Shown here: piece by piece, positions 25,427 through 34,597 of the stretch
Position numbering within the stretch: position 1 is the first letter of the stretch
How the letters are laid out: the number at the start of each line of letters is the position of its first letter
Assembly (NCBI GenBank): GCA_002497285.1
Contig: DANJ01000026.1
Span: forward strand, 1 to 50,025
Reading direction: 5' to 3'
Origin: Candidatus Pacearchaeota archaeon UBA92
Lineage (GTDB): Archaea; Nanobdellota; Nanobdellia; Pacearchaeales; GW2011-AR1
Length of the DNA stretch: 50,025 nt
Position numbers and translations under genes: made by a program
The notes under the pieces: model-generated
Databases searched by the model: none
The model's input: only the letters and a program-made list of their open reading frames with translations
Told to the model about the DNA's origin: nothing

Positions 25427-28069
25427 TCAAATAAAATCTCTCATTCCAGGATTTTTCTGCCTTTTCATTATTTCTTCTTTTACTTTTCTATTCTCTCTTG
25501 ACTTGAATAGTGGAATTTCAAACATACCAGTCCTTTTACCATCTAGTTTTCTTGTGGCATAGGTTACTTGCTCTCCAGTCCACTTACTTTGTTTAAGCTT
25601 AAACCGTATCTGGCTATCATTCATCCCATTCTTCCTAGCATTGTTAACAAAATTAACTAGATTATAGAGCTCATTTTCATTTTTGAAGAGATGGGCTTCA
25701 TAATTTCTCTTATACCATTCCTGCAGAATTATATAAATAACAAAAGTCACAACAAATAAAACCACAATTCCTAAAATAAAAATTATCCAATTAAATTTAT
25801 TTGATTTTGGTTCTCTTATTTGCTGATCGGCAATTCCAAGAACATTTATTGCTGGAGAGATATATATTCCCAAATCCTCTGCTGCAATTCCATCAAGAAT
25901 AGAAAACTCAAAATTTCTTCTACTTCCATCAAGAGGAATATAAGTTCCACCTTCAACAGGAATTTCTCCATAATCACTCTTAAATTCAATCCCTTCAGAA
26001 CTATATCCTATGATAAAGTTTGAATCTACAGAATCCCCAATCGGAATAACATCCGCTTTAAATTTGCTTAATATTACTTCAGGCCCCCCATCATAAAATG
26101 CAGAAATATCTTCAAAATTAATATTTCCATCATAACTATCTGACATCCATCCACCTATTGCTTGCTCCAATTCATTCTGGTCAGAAACTTCAGATCCACT
26201 TATTGATTCTATATAACCGACATCAATATTTTCAAATCCAATAGCCAATGGAAGTTTTCCACTTTTACTCACATTGATAGAATAAGGAATAGAAAGATCA
26301 AGAAGACCAAGCATTACCTGAACATAATCCTCATCAGTTTCAGCATGGTTATAATCATATTCTGAACTATTAAGACCAAACTTTAGTTCATCAACATCTA
26401 CTTTTTGTTCAATCAGTGCCTTAATCCAGTCAGGATATCCCAGAATATCTTTCTTAATATCGCTTATTCTTATCTTATAATCCGCAATAGTTTTTTCTGC
26501 TGATTCTTTAGCATCGCCCACATTTATCTGAAAGCTTCTCGTTCCTGTGAGGTTATCTGAGCTTGTAAGAGTAACTTTCAAATCAAAGCTTCCTTCTTCA
26601 ATATAGGTGTGAGAAACGGAACCTCCAGAAGATACGTCTTCTTTACCGTCGCCAAAGTCCCATTCAGATTTAATTATAGTTTTATTTCCAGGAACTGTCA
26701 CCTTAAATAAACCATTTCTTCCCAAAGCTACAAATTTAGGATTAACATCAAACTCAAAACTCTTGCTCACTTTTATTATATCTTCAAAAACTTTTCTATC
26801 ATCAAGATTAAGTCTGAATTTGTTCTGGGTTGTTCCATAAGGTATTAAAAAATCCGCTTTACCAATATCAAGTTTCAAAGGTTTGGAATTTATGGTTACC
26901 GGATTAACAGAAACGCCGTAAAGTTTGTTATCATTAACAAGCGTGTTTCCATCTTTGTAGCTAAAAACAACTTCGCTAAATGTCAGAGTTTGTCCAGATG
27001 TTCCATAAATTTTAATTGGAACAATACAATAGGGCTGGCATATACCTTGATAGTTATTATAAACATAATCTGAAACATAAGATACAAGGTTCAAATTATA
27101 TAATCTCGAAAATAAGCCATTATCTACTAACATATCCACACTATCAAACTTCATCATTTTTGTATATATCTCATAATCTCTTGTAAAACTCAAGCCCTCA
27201 TTATCACTTCCGCAGATAGGACCATTAGTTTCTGAATTTATTTTATAATCAGGAGTTCCTCCGCTAGTCGTGCCAAGTTTTACACAAGCAAGATAATCCT
27301 TCTGTTCAGGAGTAGTATAGTTGATTACACATTCGAGGTTTTCTACGCCTTGAGCATGTTTGGGCAAAATACACTCACCAAGAAAAACTCCATCAATGTT
27401 AAGGAGATTCATCTTAATCTGAGCGCTTTTTCCATTAGTGCTGTTCTTAATGTTTGCACCAAGCTTATGGGCTGCAGCTCGTGGCAAAGTTACCCTATTA
27501 CAATAAAGACTTGCTGAGATAGTTACTTCCTGATGGCTTGTTTGTTGATCGAAACATGCATAGTTAGGTGAAACACACGAATCATCATTAGTATATTTAT
27601 CACTTATCAAAATGTCTTCATCATTATTTAGTACATCAATAAATAATGGAGAAATACAGGTAGGAGAAAAGTCACTTTGCACTCTAAACTTAAGAGATTC
27701 AATAGAAGTTATATCGCCCCCAGTAACCTTTAACCCTATAATCTTATCTTCATTCAACGTCAATTGTGTAATTTCATTACCTGCCTGATAATTATCTTTA
27801 CAATTTGGAGTGCTACAGTTATAGTCCGCATTACCAATTAGTTCATTTTTATCAAGCAAATCAATAAGGCTTATATTTCCCTGAAGATTGCTCGTAAATT
27901 TACTCTCGGCAGGTTCATTTTCAAAACTAATATTCACCCATCCTGTAATCTTTTCGCCTTCACTATAATCTTGTTTTATCTGATGATTTTTATGATTGAA
28001 GCTGGCAAAAACTCCCACGGCTAGAAAAACTATTATTAGAGAGAAAACTAAAAAATTTAATTTTTTCAT
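25427..28069 (-). CDS. Large surface protein (880 aa) with PKD domain, C-terminal TM and ~100-aa cytoplasmic tail
   Basis: Signal peptide MKKLNFLVFSLIIVFLAVGVFASF. PKD signature WDFGDGKEDVSSGGSVSHTYIEEGSFDLKVTLTS. TM WIIFILGIVVLFVVTFVIYIIL. Confidence 0.8.
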   Translation of the reverse strand: MKKLNFLVFSLIIVFLAVGVFASFNHKNHQIKQDYSEGEKITGWVNISFENEPAESKFTSNLQGNISLIDLLDKNELIGNADYNCSTPNCKDNYQAGNEITQLTLNEDKIIGLKVTGGDITSIESLKFRVQSDFSPTCISPLFIDVLNNDEDILISDKYTNDDSCVSPNYACFDQQTSHQEVTISASLYCNRVTLPRAAAHKLGANIKNSTNGKSAQIKMNLLNIDGVFLGECILPKHAQGVENLECVINYTTPEQKDYLACVKLGTTSGGTPDYKINSETNGPICGSDNEGLSFTRDYEIYTKMMKFDSVDMLVDNGLFSRLYNLNLVSYVSDYVYNNYQGICQPYCIVPIKIYGTSGQTLTFSEVVFSYKDGNTLVNDNKLYGVSVNPVTINSKPLKLDIGKADFLIPYGTTQNKFRLNLDDRKVFEDIIKVSKSFEFDVNPKFVALGRNGLFKVTVPGNKTIIKSEWDFGDGKEDVSSGGSVSHTYIEEGSFDLKVTLTSSDNLTGTRSFQINVGDAKESAEKTIADYKIRISDIKKDILGYPDWIKALIEQKVDVDELKFGLNSSEYDYNHAETDEDYVQVMLGLLDLSIPYSINVSKSGKLPLAIGFENIDVGYIESISGSEVSDQNELEQAIGGWMSDSYDGNINFEDISAFYDGGPEVILSKFKADVIPIGDSVDSNFIIGYSSEGIEFKSDYGEIPVEGGTYIPLDGSRRNFEFSILDGIAAEDLGIYISPAINVLGIADQQIREPKSNKFNWIIFILGIVVLFVVTFVIYIILQEWYKRNYEAHLFKNENELYNLVNFVNNARKNGMNDSQIRFKLKQSKWTGEQVTYATRKLDGKRTGMFEIPLFKSRENRKVKEEIMKRQKNPGMRDFI

Positions 28070-28072
28070 AAC

Positions 28073-30385
28073 CTACTTTTTCCTGTTATCCTTTCTCCCA
28101 GGCAGTTTAACATTTTTTAGAATAAGGTAAATCAGAATGATTAATATCAATGTTCCTATGAACTGCTCTTTCCCAAAGAAAGGTAATTCTATCGTTGGTC
28201 TTCCACAAGGAACTATCTTGGTCCCTGCATCTGCATTACATTGAGCTTCACCAATTCCCTGATTACAGTTTCCAGGATTATATTTAGTTTTAATGGTCAA
28301 TTCCATGAAGCCATTATTACATTCTCCCTCATCATAAGTATAAAGACATTGATATTCAGTACAAGGGTCTATTTTTCCGTAGCCTCCAGACCTATAAGAA
28401 ACATTCAATCCACAATTAGGGAATCCTTCATCGGGATTACTATCCCATCCACAAGCGCATTGCACAATCCTTCCCATTTCATCTCTCCCGCCACAATTTT
28501 TTTCTTCCCATAGGGGATCATTAGGTTCAGGGGGTCTTCCCATACCAGTCGCATCATTCTTACATGCAGTTTCATCAGTATAATCTGAACAGCTGTCTAT
28601 AACAGAACCAACGCATCCATTTTCACTACAAGCCATACCCGAAGGACAGCAATCATCTCCACTTCCTATAAGTCTATCTTTTCCAGCACAAGCACTCGGA
28701 TCATCAAGAGTTGAATAAGTCTGATTAACAAACCCATTCTCATCAAGTTCAACCCAAGTTAGACCTCCATCAATGCACTGTCTCGGATCAAGAAGAGTAA
28801 ATTCTCTTTGAGTAGGATTTTGAATATTAAGATTCTCGTCTTTCAACAACAAGTCTATTTTTTTATCATTAAACCTATCAGACGCTATCCCAAAGACAGT
28901 TCTTCCCGTAGCTGCGTCCAGTTCAGAAAATGAATTATCAAGACGCCCATCTCTGAATCTCCATGTGAAATTACTATCGCTGAACCCAATATTAAGTGGA
29001 AGTGTAAGAGCAATAGGTTCACAACCATTAGGGGCATTCTTTGTTTTATCAGGACAAAATCCTGCTTTACAAGTTATCTCATAATCACATTGCCCAGGTC
29101 CTCGATATATACTATCTATAACATAACTATCACTCGCATTGTATCTGAAATTTAAACCCTCATTAACTATCACTTGATGATGTAATGGGTCGTTGATATA
29201 AGCAAGCATTCCAGGGCTGGCAATTACCAAGATTGATATTTGGTCTTCGTCCCAAAGACCTTCATCATCAGTTACTTTAAGGGTTATTGTTCTCTGTCCT
29301 GCATTTGTAAAAATATGATTAAAACTTTCTTCATTCGATTCAAATTCAAACACACCATCTTTGTAAACTGTCCAAAGGAAACCAACAATTGCACCACTAT
29401 CGTCAAAACTGCTGTGATTAAATTCAATATTAGTATTGTTAAAATAAATTCCCCTATGTTCTGGACTCGTTATATTTGAGTGAGGAGGTTCATTTTGTCC
29501 CTCATTACAATCAACACTAAGTAATCCGCTTGATATTTTTTCTTGTGAGCCCAAGATATTTGCTTCAAAGTAAAATTCTAAGCCATTGTTACAATCAAGA
29601 AAATAATCATCAAGTCCCTGTCTATCAATTAATTCTTGAGTTATGTCAAAATCAAATTTAGCAACTCCTCCACTAACAGTTGTAGATACGGGATTGTCAA
29701 ACAAAGCTTCATCTCCAAAATCGAATTCACCATTTTCATCATCGTCATCCCACGCATAAAACTCAATAGTTTCTCCATCTTGTGCAGTTGTAGCAGCATA
29801 CATTCTCACGGTTTTTCCCACATTCGTTTCAGTTATTTTACGCCCAGCAGTATTCTGCCATTCTACATTGTCTATTGCTCCATTACTCCCCCCACTTGCG
29901 CTAGGAGAAGTACAACAAATCTTAAGCCCCGAAGTAAAACTATTTGCACCCCTTGTTTCTATATGACCATTAGTACTTGAAGAGATAGTTGCAACTTCAA
30001 AATAATCTCCTGAGCAAGCAGGTCCTTGGGCAACACAATTCAAATCACCATAACAAATAGGGACATTATAATTTCCTAATCCAGATTTTTCAGCATGTGC
30101 ATTCGTATCTCCAGACAGAACTAAGACTTCATTATTTCCATCACACACATGGGGATTTCCTCCAGAATATGGGGGGCTAAAAATTTTATCATAACAAATC
30201 TCTTCTTCATAATTTCCAGCTCCATTCCAAACTTCTCCATGTGCATTTGTGTTAGAAGTGCTAGAAGAAATTTTAAAAATTAATTGATCAGAACTTGAAC
30301 AAACCGTTCGTGCACTAACTTCATACATCAAACTAACACTTAAAACAGTCAGAAATATAGCAAACAACATCAACCCCTTCTTCAT
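28073..30385 (-). CDS. Large Cys-rich surface protein (770 aa) with triple TNAH-E repeat, PKD domain and C-terminal TM anchor
   Basis: Signal peptide, three ~35-aa Cys-framed repeats (aa 29-158), PKD-like ITLKVTDDEGLWDEDQISILV, a very Cys-rich C-terminal half and TM FIGTLILIILIYLIL. It is 3 nt from the downstream gene. Confidence 0.8.
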   Translation of the reverse strand: MKKGLMLFAIFLTVLSVSLMYEVSARTVCSSSDQLIFKISSSTSNTNAHGEVWNGAGNYEEEICYDKIFSPPYSGGNPHVCDGNNEVLVLSGDTNAHAEKSGLGNYNVPICYGDLNCVAQGPACSGDYFEVATISSSTNGHIETRGANSFTSGLKICCTSPSASGGSNGAIDNVEWQNTAGRKITETNVGKTVRMYAATTAQDGETIEFYAWDDDDENGEFDFGDEALFDNPVSTTVSGGVAKFDFDITQELIDRQGLDDYFLDCNNGLEFYFEANILGSQEKISSGLLSVDCNEGQNEPPHSNITSPEHRGIYFNNTNIEFNHSSFDDSGAIVGFLWTVYKDGVFEFESNEESFNHIFTNAGQRTITLKVTDDEGLWDEDQISILVIASPGMLAYINDPLHHQVIVNEGLNFRYNASDSYVIDSIYRGPGQCDYEITCKAGFCPDKTKNAPNGCEPIALTLPLNIGFSDSNFTWRFRDGRLDNSFSELDAATGRTVFGIASDRFNDKKIDLLLKDENLNIQNPTQREFTLLDPRQCIDGGLTWVELDENGFVNQTYSTLDDPSACAGKDRLIGSGDDCCPSGMACSENGCVGSVIDSCSDYTDETACKNDATGMGRPPEPNDPLWEEKNCGGRDEMGRIVQCACGWDSNPDEGFPNCGLNVSYRSGGYGKIDPCTEYQCLYTYDEGECNNGFMELTIKTKYNPGNCNQGIGEAQCNADAGTKIVPCGRPTIELPFFGKEQFIGTLILIILIYLILKNVKLPGRKDNRKK

Positions 30386-30419
30386 CCATCTAGCAATAAA
30401 TAGAACTTTATAAAGATTA

Positions 30420-31835
30420 TTAACCCTTAATAACCGCGAGAGGTTTCAATCTTGCAACCTTCTTTCCTATCCCAAGCTCGTCGCTCACCCTAACAACTTC
30501 ATTAACGTCCTTATATGCTTCTCTAGCTTCTTCAACAATTCCCTTAACGCTTCCGGATTCTATGTAAACATCATGTTTTTCCAAATCACTTTTTACATGT
30601 TCCTTTGTTAATTCATCCATTGCCCTTTTTCTACTCATTGCTCTTCCAGCCCCATGTGCAGTTGAACCCCATGACAACTCCTCCGCTTTTTTAGTTCCAG
30701 AAAGAACATACGAATAAGAGCCCATACTTCCTGGAATTAAAACTGGACACCCAGTCTTCCTATATTTGATAGGAATTTCCTTTCTTCCAGACCCCAAACT
30801 TCTAGCAGCTCCCTTTCGGTGCACGCACAATTCTACTTGTTTTCCATTAACTTTGTACTTTTCAAATTTAGCAATATTATGTGCAAGGTCATAAACAATA
30901 TTCAACTTACTCTTAGGAAAATGCTTCCCAAATACTTCTCTGAGTTTAAAGGTCATGAATTGTCTATTTGCAAAAGCAAAGTTAGCAGCTGCTCTCATCG
31001 CCCCAAGATAATCCTTACCTAGTTCAGAATTTAAAGGAGCAGCAGCCAATTCTCTGTCAGGTAAATGCTTAAACCCATATTTTTCTTCCATTTTTTTAAT
31101 ATAATCAGAAGCAACCTGGTGTCCTAAACCTCTGCTTCCAGAATGAAGCATTATTACTATCTGATTCTCTTTCAGTCCAAATACTTTAGCAGTCTTTTTA
31201 TCAAAAATTTCTTCTACTTCCTGTACTTCAAGAAAATGATTTCCAGCCCCCAGTGTTCCAAGCTGATTTCTTCCTCTTCCCAGTGCCTTTCCAGAAATCT
31301 TTGAAGCATCCGCACCCAAAATACAGCCATTATCTTCAATTCTTTCTAAGTCCTCTTTCAAAGCATATTTGCCTATTAATTTTTTAACTCCCTGTTCAAG
31401 AATTTCCTTTAATTCTTTCTCACTAAAACTAAATTCCCCCTTTATTCCTACTCCAGAAGGTATATTTCTCATAATATCATTGGTGACTTCCTTTCTCTTT
31501 TTCATAAATTCATCTTTGCTCAGATTAGTTGCTATTAATCTAACGCCACAATTAATATCGTAGCCAATCTGTCCAGGTGAAACAATTCCTTTTTTTGAGT
31601 CATATGCAGATACTCCCCCTATGCACGCACCATATCCCTGATGAGCATCCTGAAGCACAACTACATGTCCAACTACTCCAGGCATCATAGCCATATTTTC
31701 AGCCTGTTCAAGTGTCTTATCTTTCTTAATATTATCAATAAGCTTTTCAGAGGCAAATATCATTACAGGAACTTGCATTTTCCCCTTTTTTTCTATCTTC
31801 CAAATATATTTTTCTATCCTTTCAACTTTAACCAT
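30420..31835 (-). CDS. rtcB: RNA-splicing ligase RtcB
   Basis: MPGVVGHVVVLQDAHQGYG, IGYDINCGVR, GAGNHFLE, HSGSRGLGHQV and TAHGAGR are all canonical RtcB motifs. Confidence 0.95.
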   Translation of the reverse strand: MVKVERIEKYIWKIEKKGKMQVPVMIFASEKLIDNIKKDKTLEQAENMAMMPGVVGHVVVLQDAHQGYGACIGGVSAYDSKKGIVSPGQIGYDINCGVRLIATNLSKDEFMKKRKEVTNDIMRNIPSGVGIKGEFSFSEKELKEILEQGVKKLIGKYALKEDLERIEDNGCILGADASKISGKALGRGRNQLGTLGAGNHFLEVQEVEEIFDKKTAKVFGLKENQIVIMLHSGSRGLGHQVASDYIKKMEEKYGFKHLPDRELAAAPLNSELGKDYLGAMRAAANFAFANRQFMTFKLREVFGKHFPKSKLNIVYDLAHNIAKFEKYKVNGKQVELCVHRKGAARSLGSGRKEIPIKYRKTGCPVLIPGSMGSYSYVLSGTKKAEELSWGSTAHGAGRAMSRKRAMDELTKEHVKSDLEKHDVYIESGSVKGIVEEAREAYKDVNEVVRVSDELGIGKKVARLKPLAVIKG

Positions 31836-31996
31836 TCTTTCTTATAATCCCTCCCTATTAGATTGTTTTTTATAAGCTTTAAAACTTCTGCTTTCTTGTT
31901 TATGTTAAGTTCAAAATAGATTGTGCCAATCCCATTTATCCTTTTTCTAATTATAGACTATATATCAAACAATTTCTCAAGAGTTTTACTTAAATA

Positions 31997-32095
31997 CTAA
32001 GAACAACTTACTATAAATAGCTTATGTTTATCTGGCACTTTCATTTTTCCTTCTTTAGGAATTTCCCAAACGTTCTCGGATTTTCTCTTTATCAT
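31997..32095 (-). pseudogene. Relic of a second rtcB 5' end (32-codon fragment)
   Basis: MIKRKSENVWEIPKEGKMKVPDKHKLFIVSCS* parallels the RtcB N-terminus MVKVERIEKYIWKIEKKGKMQVPVMIFAS (W-I-K-GKM-VP). It decays into other frames downstream. Confidence 0.35.
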
Positions 32096-32191
32096 TCCAT
32101 AACCTATCCAAAAGGCTTTTTATATTTTCTAATTTGGTGATTTATCAGATTATACGCAAAACTATTTAAGCACTTCAAATTATACACCATA

Positions 32192-33022
32192 ATGAACGAA
32201 AAAGAGGGAGGGACTAGTAGTAAGAAGATTTCATTCAATCTTTCTCCAAGCAGTCTGAATGTTTTCATGAAAAACCCTTTACTTTTTTATCTTCAATATA
32301 TAGCAAAAGTTCCAGATGATACAAAAGTTCCTGTTTGCTATGGATTATCCGGAAATATAGTTCATGATTGCTTAGAAAAATACGCAAGTGGAGAATTAGA
32401 TAAAGATGAGGTCTACTCTTTATTTGCGGAGAAATGGGAAGAATGTAATTTAGAAATCCACAGAGATATCAAAGGAGGCGTCTTAGATAAAGAAGAATAT
32501 CTAATGGCTTTACTTAAAGGAATGAGTATTGTAGAAGAACACGAAGAACATATCTGTGAAGAAACTATAAATTTCCCATTTGTTGAGAATGAAATAATGA
32601 AAATAGGGATAAAGGGAATAGTTGACTTGCAAGCAAGGAAAAAATACGGAGGAGAAAAGGTAATTGTAGATTACAAAACAAGCAATAGCGTCAATCAAAG
32701 CAAAGACTTTGAAAGGCAAGCATTATTCTATAATTATTTAATTCACAAAAAGAAGAACTTTCTTCCAGAAAAAACTTCATTCCATTATCTTAAACTCGGT
32801 GTTGAGAAAGTCTATTCTTTTTCCAAAGAAGATTTATCTAATTTCGAAGAAGAATTGAAAAGGGTTGCCAATGAAATTCTTTCTTACGGTAAAGATATAG
32901 GAAAATACCCCATTGGAGATATAAATGATTTGTTTAATAGTAAAAAACAAGCGTGCCTAAGGGAAGTTTCCAGAAGAAATTTTTTCCAAAATCCTGAAAA
33001 TTTTTCTCAGATGGCTTTTTGA
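32192..33022 (+). CDS. PD-(D/E)XK (RecB/Cas4-like fold) nuclease-family protein
   Basis: GIVDL...EKVIVDYKTS (D..D/ExK) followed by QALFYNYL (QxxxY). It lacks the C-terminal Cys cluster of Cas4. Confidence 0.65.
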   Translation: MNEKEGGTSSKKISFNLSPSSLNVFMKNPLLFYLQYIAKVPDDTKVPVCYGLSGNIVHDCLEKYASGELDKDEVYSLFAEKWEECNLEIHRDIKGGVLDKEEYLMALLKGMSIVEEHEEHICEETINFPFVENEIMKIGIKGIVDLQARKKYGGEKVIVDYKTSNSVNQSKDFERQALFYNYLIHKKKNFLPEKTSFHYLKLGVEKVYSFSKEDLSNFEEELKRVANEILSYGKDIGKYPIGDINDLFNSKKQACLREVSRRNFFQNPENFSQMAF

Positions 33023-33032
33023 GTTTAATATC

Positions 33033-33440
33033 TCAAACATCCACAACAACCTGAGCTTCCCAGACATCTTTAACTTTTTTCACGTACATTTCTGCATAAG
33101 TCGCCGCCTTAATATGGTCTAAGTCAGGGTATCGTAGGGCATCATCTCCGAAAACTCTTGCCTTCAATTTTCCGTTAATTATTTTTACTTTTGCGCGGCT
33201 TACAAGAAAATTCTCTGCATCAAGTAAATAGATAAGGTCATCAATAAAATCATATAAAATAGACTCATTGTCTTTTCCTTCAATTTCGATATCTTTCCAA
33301 GACTTATCGCCGACTTCCCCACTTCTGGACAAAATATCAGATATTGCCAAAGCAACATTTTCAAATATTTTTTCTAAATTTTTACCATAAGCCTTAAACT
33401 TTATATCTGCCGTATGTTCAAGAAATTTATATTTATCCAT
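33033..33440 (-). CDS. Archease (RtcB activator)
   Basis: FLEHTADIKFKAYGKNLEKIFENVALA and the C-terminal KAATYAEM pattern. About 135 aa. Confidence 0.9.
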   Translation of the reverse strand: MDKYKFLEHTADIKFKAYGKNLEKIFENVALAISDILSRSGEVGDKSWKDIEIEGKDNESILYDFIDDLIYLLDAENFLVSRAKVKIINGKLKARVFGDDALRYPDLDHIKAATYAEMYVKKVKDVWEAQVVVDV

Positions 33441-33864
33441 CTTGATTGCGGTATAAGAAGATACTTAACTTTTTCGTATTTAATGCCCCCTCTTCAACAG
33501 AAGGAACAATTACCCTGTTTCCAGAATAAACTTCACCATTGACAAATTCATTCAAGGAGCATATTTTATCTATTTCATCGCAAACTCTTATTTTTATTGT
33601 TAAATAGCTAGGAACTTTATCATGGACAAAATCATAAATTGGTCCAGCAGGAATGAACCCCATGGAATCCGTGTTAAAAACTTCAGCCCTTAGACTTGGA
33701 GTTTTAGATATTTCCTCAAGCATGTCATAAATTTTTTCACTAAAATTTGGAAGGCTCACATCTTTATTTCTTACCTGAATAACAAGTAAGAATCCAAACA
33801 CTAAAAGAATAGCAATAGTTGCTTCGATAATCTTCAGTATACCTCTTTTATCTCTAATTACCAT
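33433..33864 (-). CDS. Class III signal-peptide (type IV pilin-like) protein
   Basis: MVIRDKRG/ILKIIEATIAILLVFGFLLVIQV: basic-Gly cleavage context, Glu near +6, hydrophobic helix. Confidence 0.65.
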   Translation of the reverse strand: MVIRDKRGILKIIEATIAILLVFGFLLVIQVRNKDVSLPNFSEKIYDMLEEISKTPSLRAEVFNTDSMGFIPAGPIYDFVHDKVPSYLTIKIRVCDEIDKICSLNEFVNGEVYSGNRVIVPSVEEGALNTKKLSIFLYRNQDG

Positions 33865-34547
33865 ACTCTTACTTCCAAATCTGCAAACTCAATACTATTT
33901 TTTCTTACTACTTCATATCTTTTTGAATCAGAGAAAATTTCTAAACCCTCAGGCACAGTTCTTTGGGCATCAATTTTTTCATCAGAGAATATAAGTGAAA
34001 ATCCAAAATTAGCCCTCTTAGAAAGATGAAAATCTTCCTTTAGTTTCTGATATCCTTCATCGGTTCCATATTTGACTACAAGTTCATTGAATTCCTTTTC
34101 GCTTAAAACATCTCTTTTGTCAGATGAAGAAATAGAATAATTCTTTTCATTAAGTCTAATTGCACCTCCAACCTCTCCGTTATCAAACTCCTCGCTGAAC
34201 ATTATAACAAAAAATCTCTGGTTTCTTCTATTAATATTAACAAATCCAGGAGTGATTTGAGCTTCGAGCTCATTGCCTACAGAGTCTTCTGCCATTATTC
34301 CAACATTCTCTCTTACTAAAGGAATGGCTATCTTTTCATCAACAACACTTTGATCAAGACTCACAGAAAAAGTTTCAAGCATAGTGCTAACATTTTTTGC
34401 TATCTCATCCATAGTATAGAATAAAGTTGAATCCACAACCCTATCACCTCTAATCGGGCTAAAAAAGTAAAGTGCAAATATCAGAAATCCTGCAAATAAA
34501 ACAAAAGCCACTATAAACTCAACGTGCTGCATACCCCTCTTTTTCAT
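33858..34547 (-). CDS. Class III signal-peptide (type IV pilin-like) protein
   Basis: Internal ATG at 34547 gives MKKRG/MQHVEFIVAFVLFAGFLIFALYFF (Glu at +5). The track start at 34625 would overlap the divergent methyltransferase gene. Confidence 0.65.
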   Translation of the reverse strand: MKKRGMQHVEFIVAFVLFAGFLIFALYFFSPIRGDRVVDSTLFYTMDEIAKNVSTMLETFSVSLDQSVVDEKIAIPLVRENVGIMAEDSVGNELEAQITPGFVNINRRNQRFFVIMFSEEFDNGEVGGAIRLNEKNYSISSSDKRDVLSEKEFNELVVKYGTDEGYQKLKEDFHLSKRANFGFSLIFSDEKIDAQRTVPEGLEIFSDSKRYEVVRKNSIEFADLEVRVW

Positions 34548-34597
34548 ATTATGAAAAGCTAAATTACATTTAAATAACTTTCTTACTAATTTATCTA

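Noticed and set aside
32192-33022. The PD-(D/E)XK nuclease, considered as Cas4 or evidence of a CRISPR-Cas locus.
   Set aside because: It lacks the four-Cys Fe-S cluster signature, and there are no cas genes or repeat-spacer array anywhere in the window.
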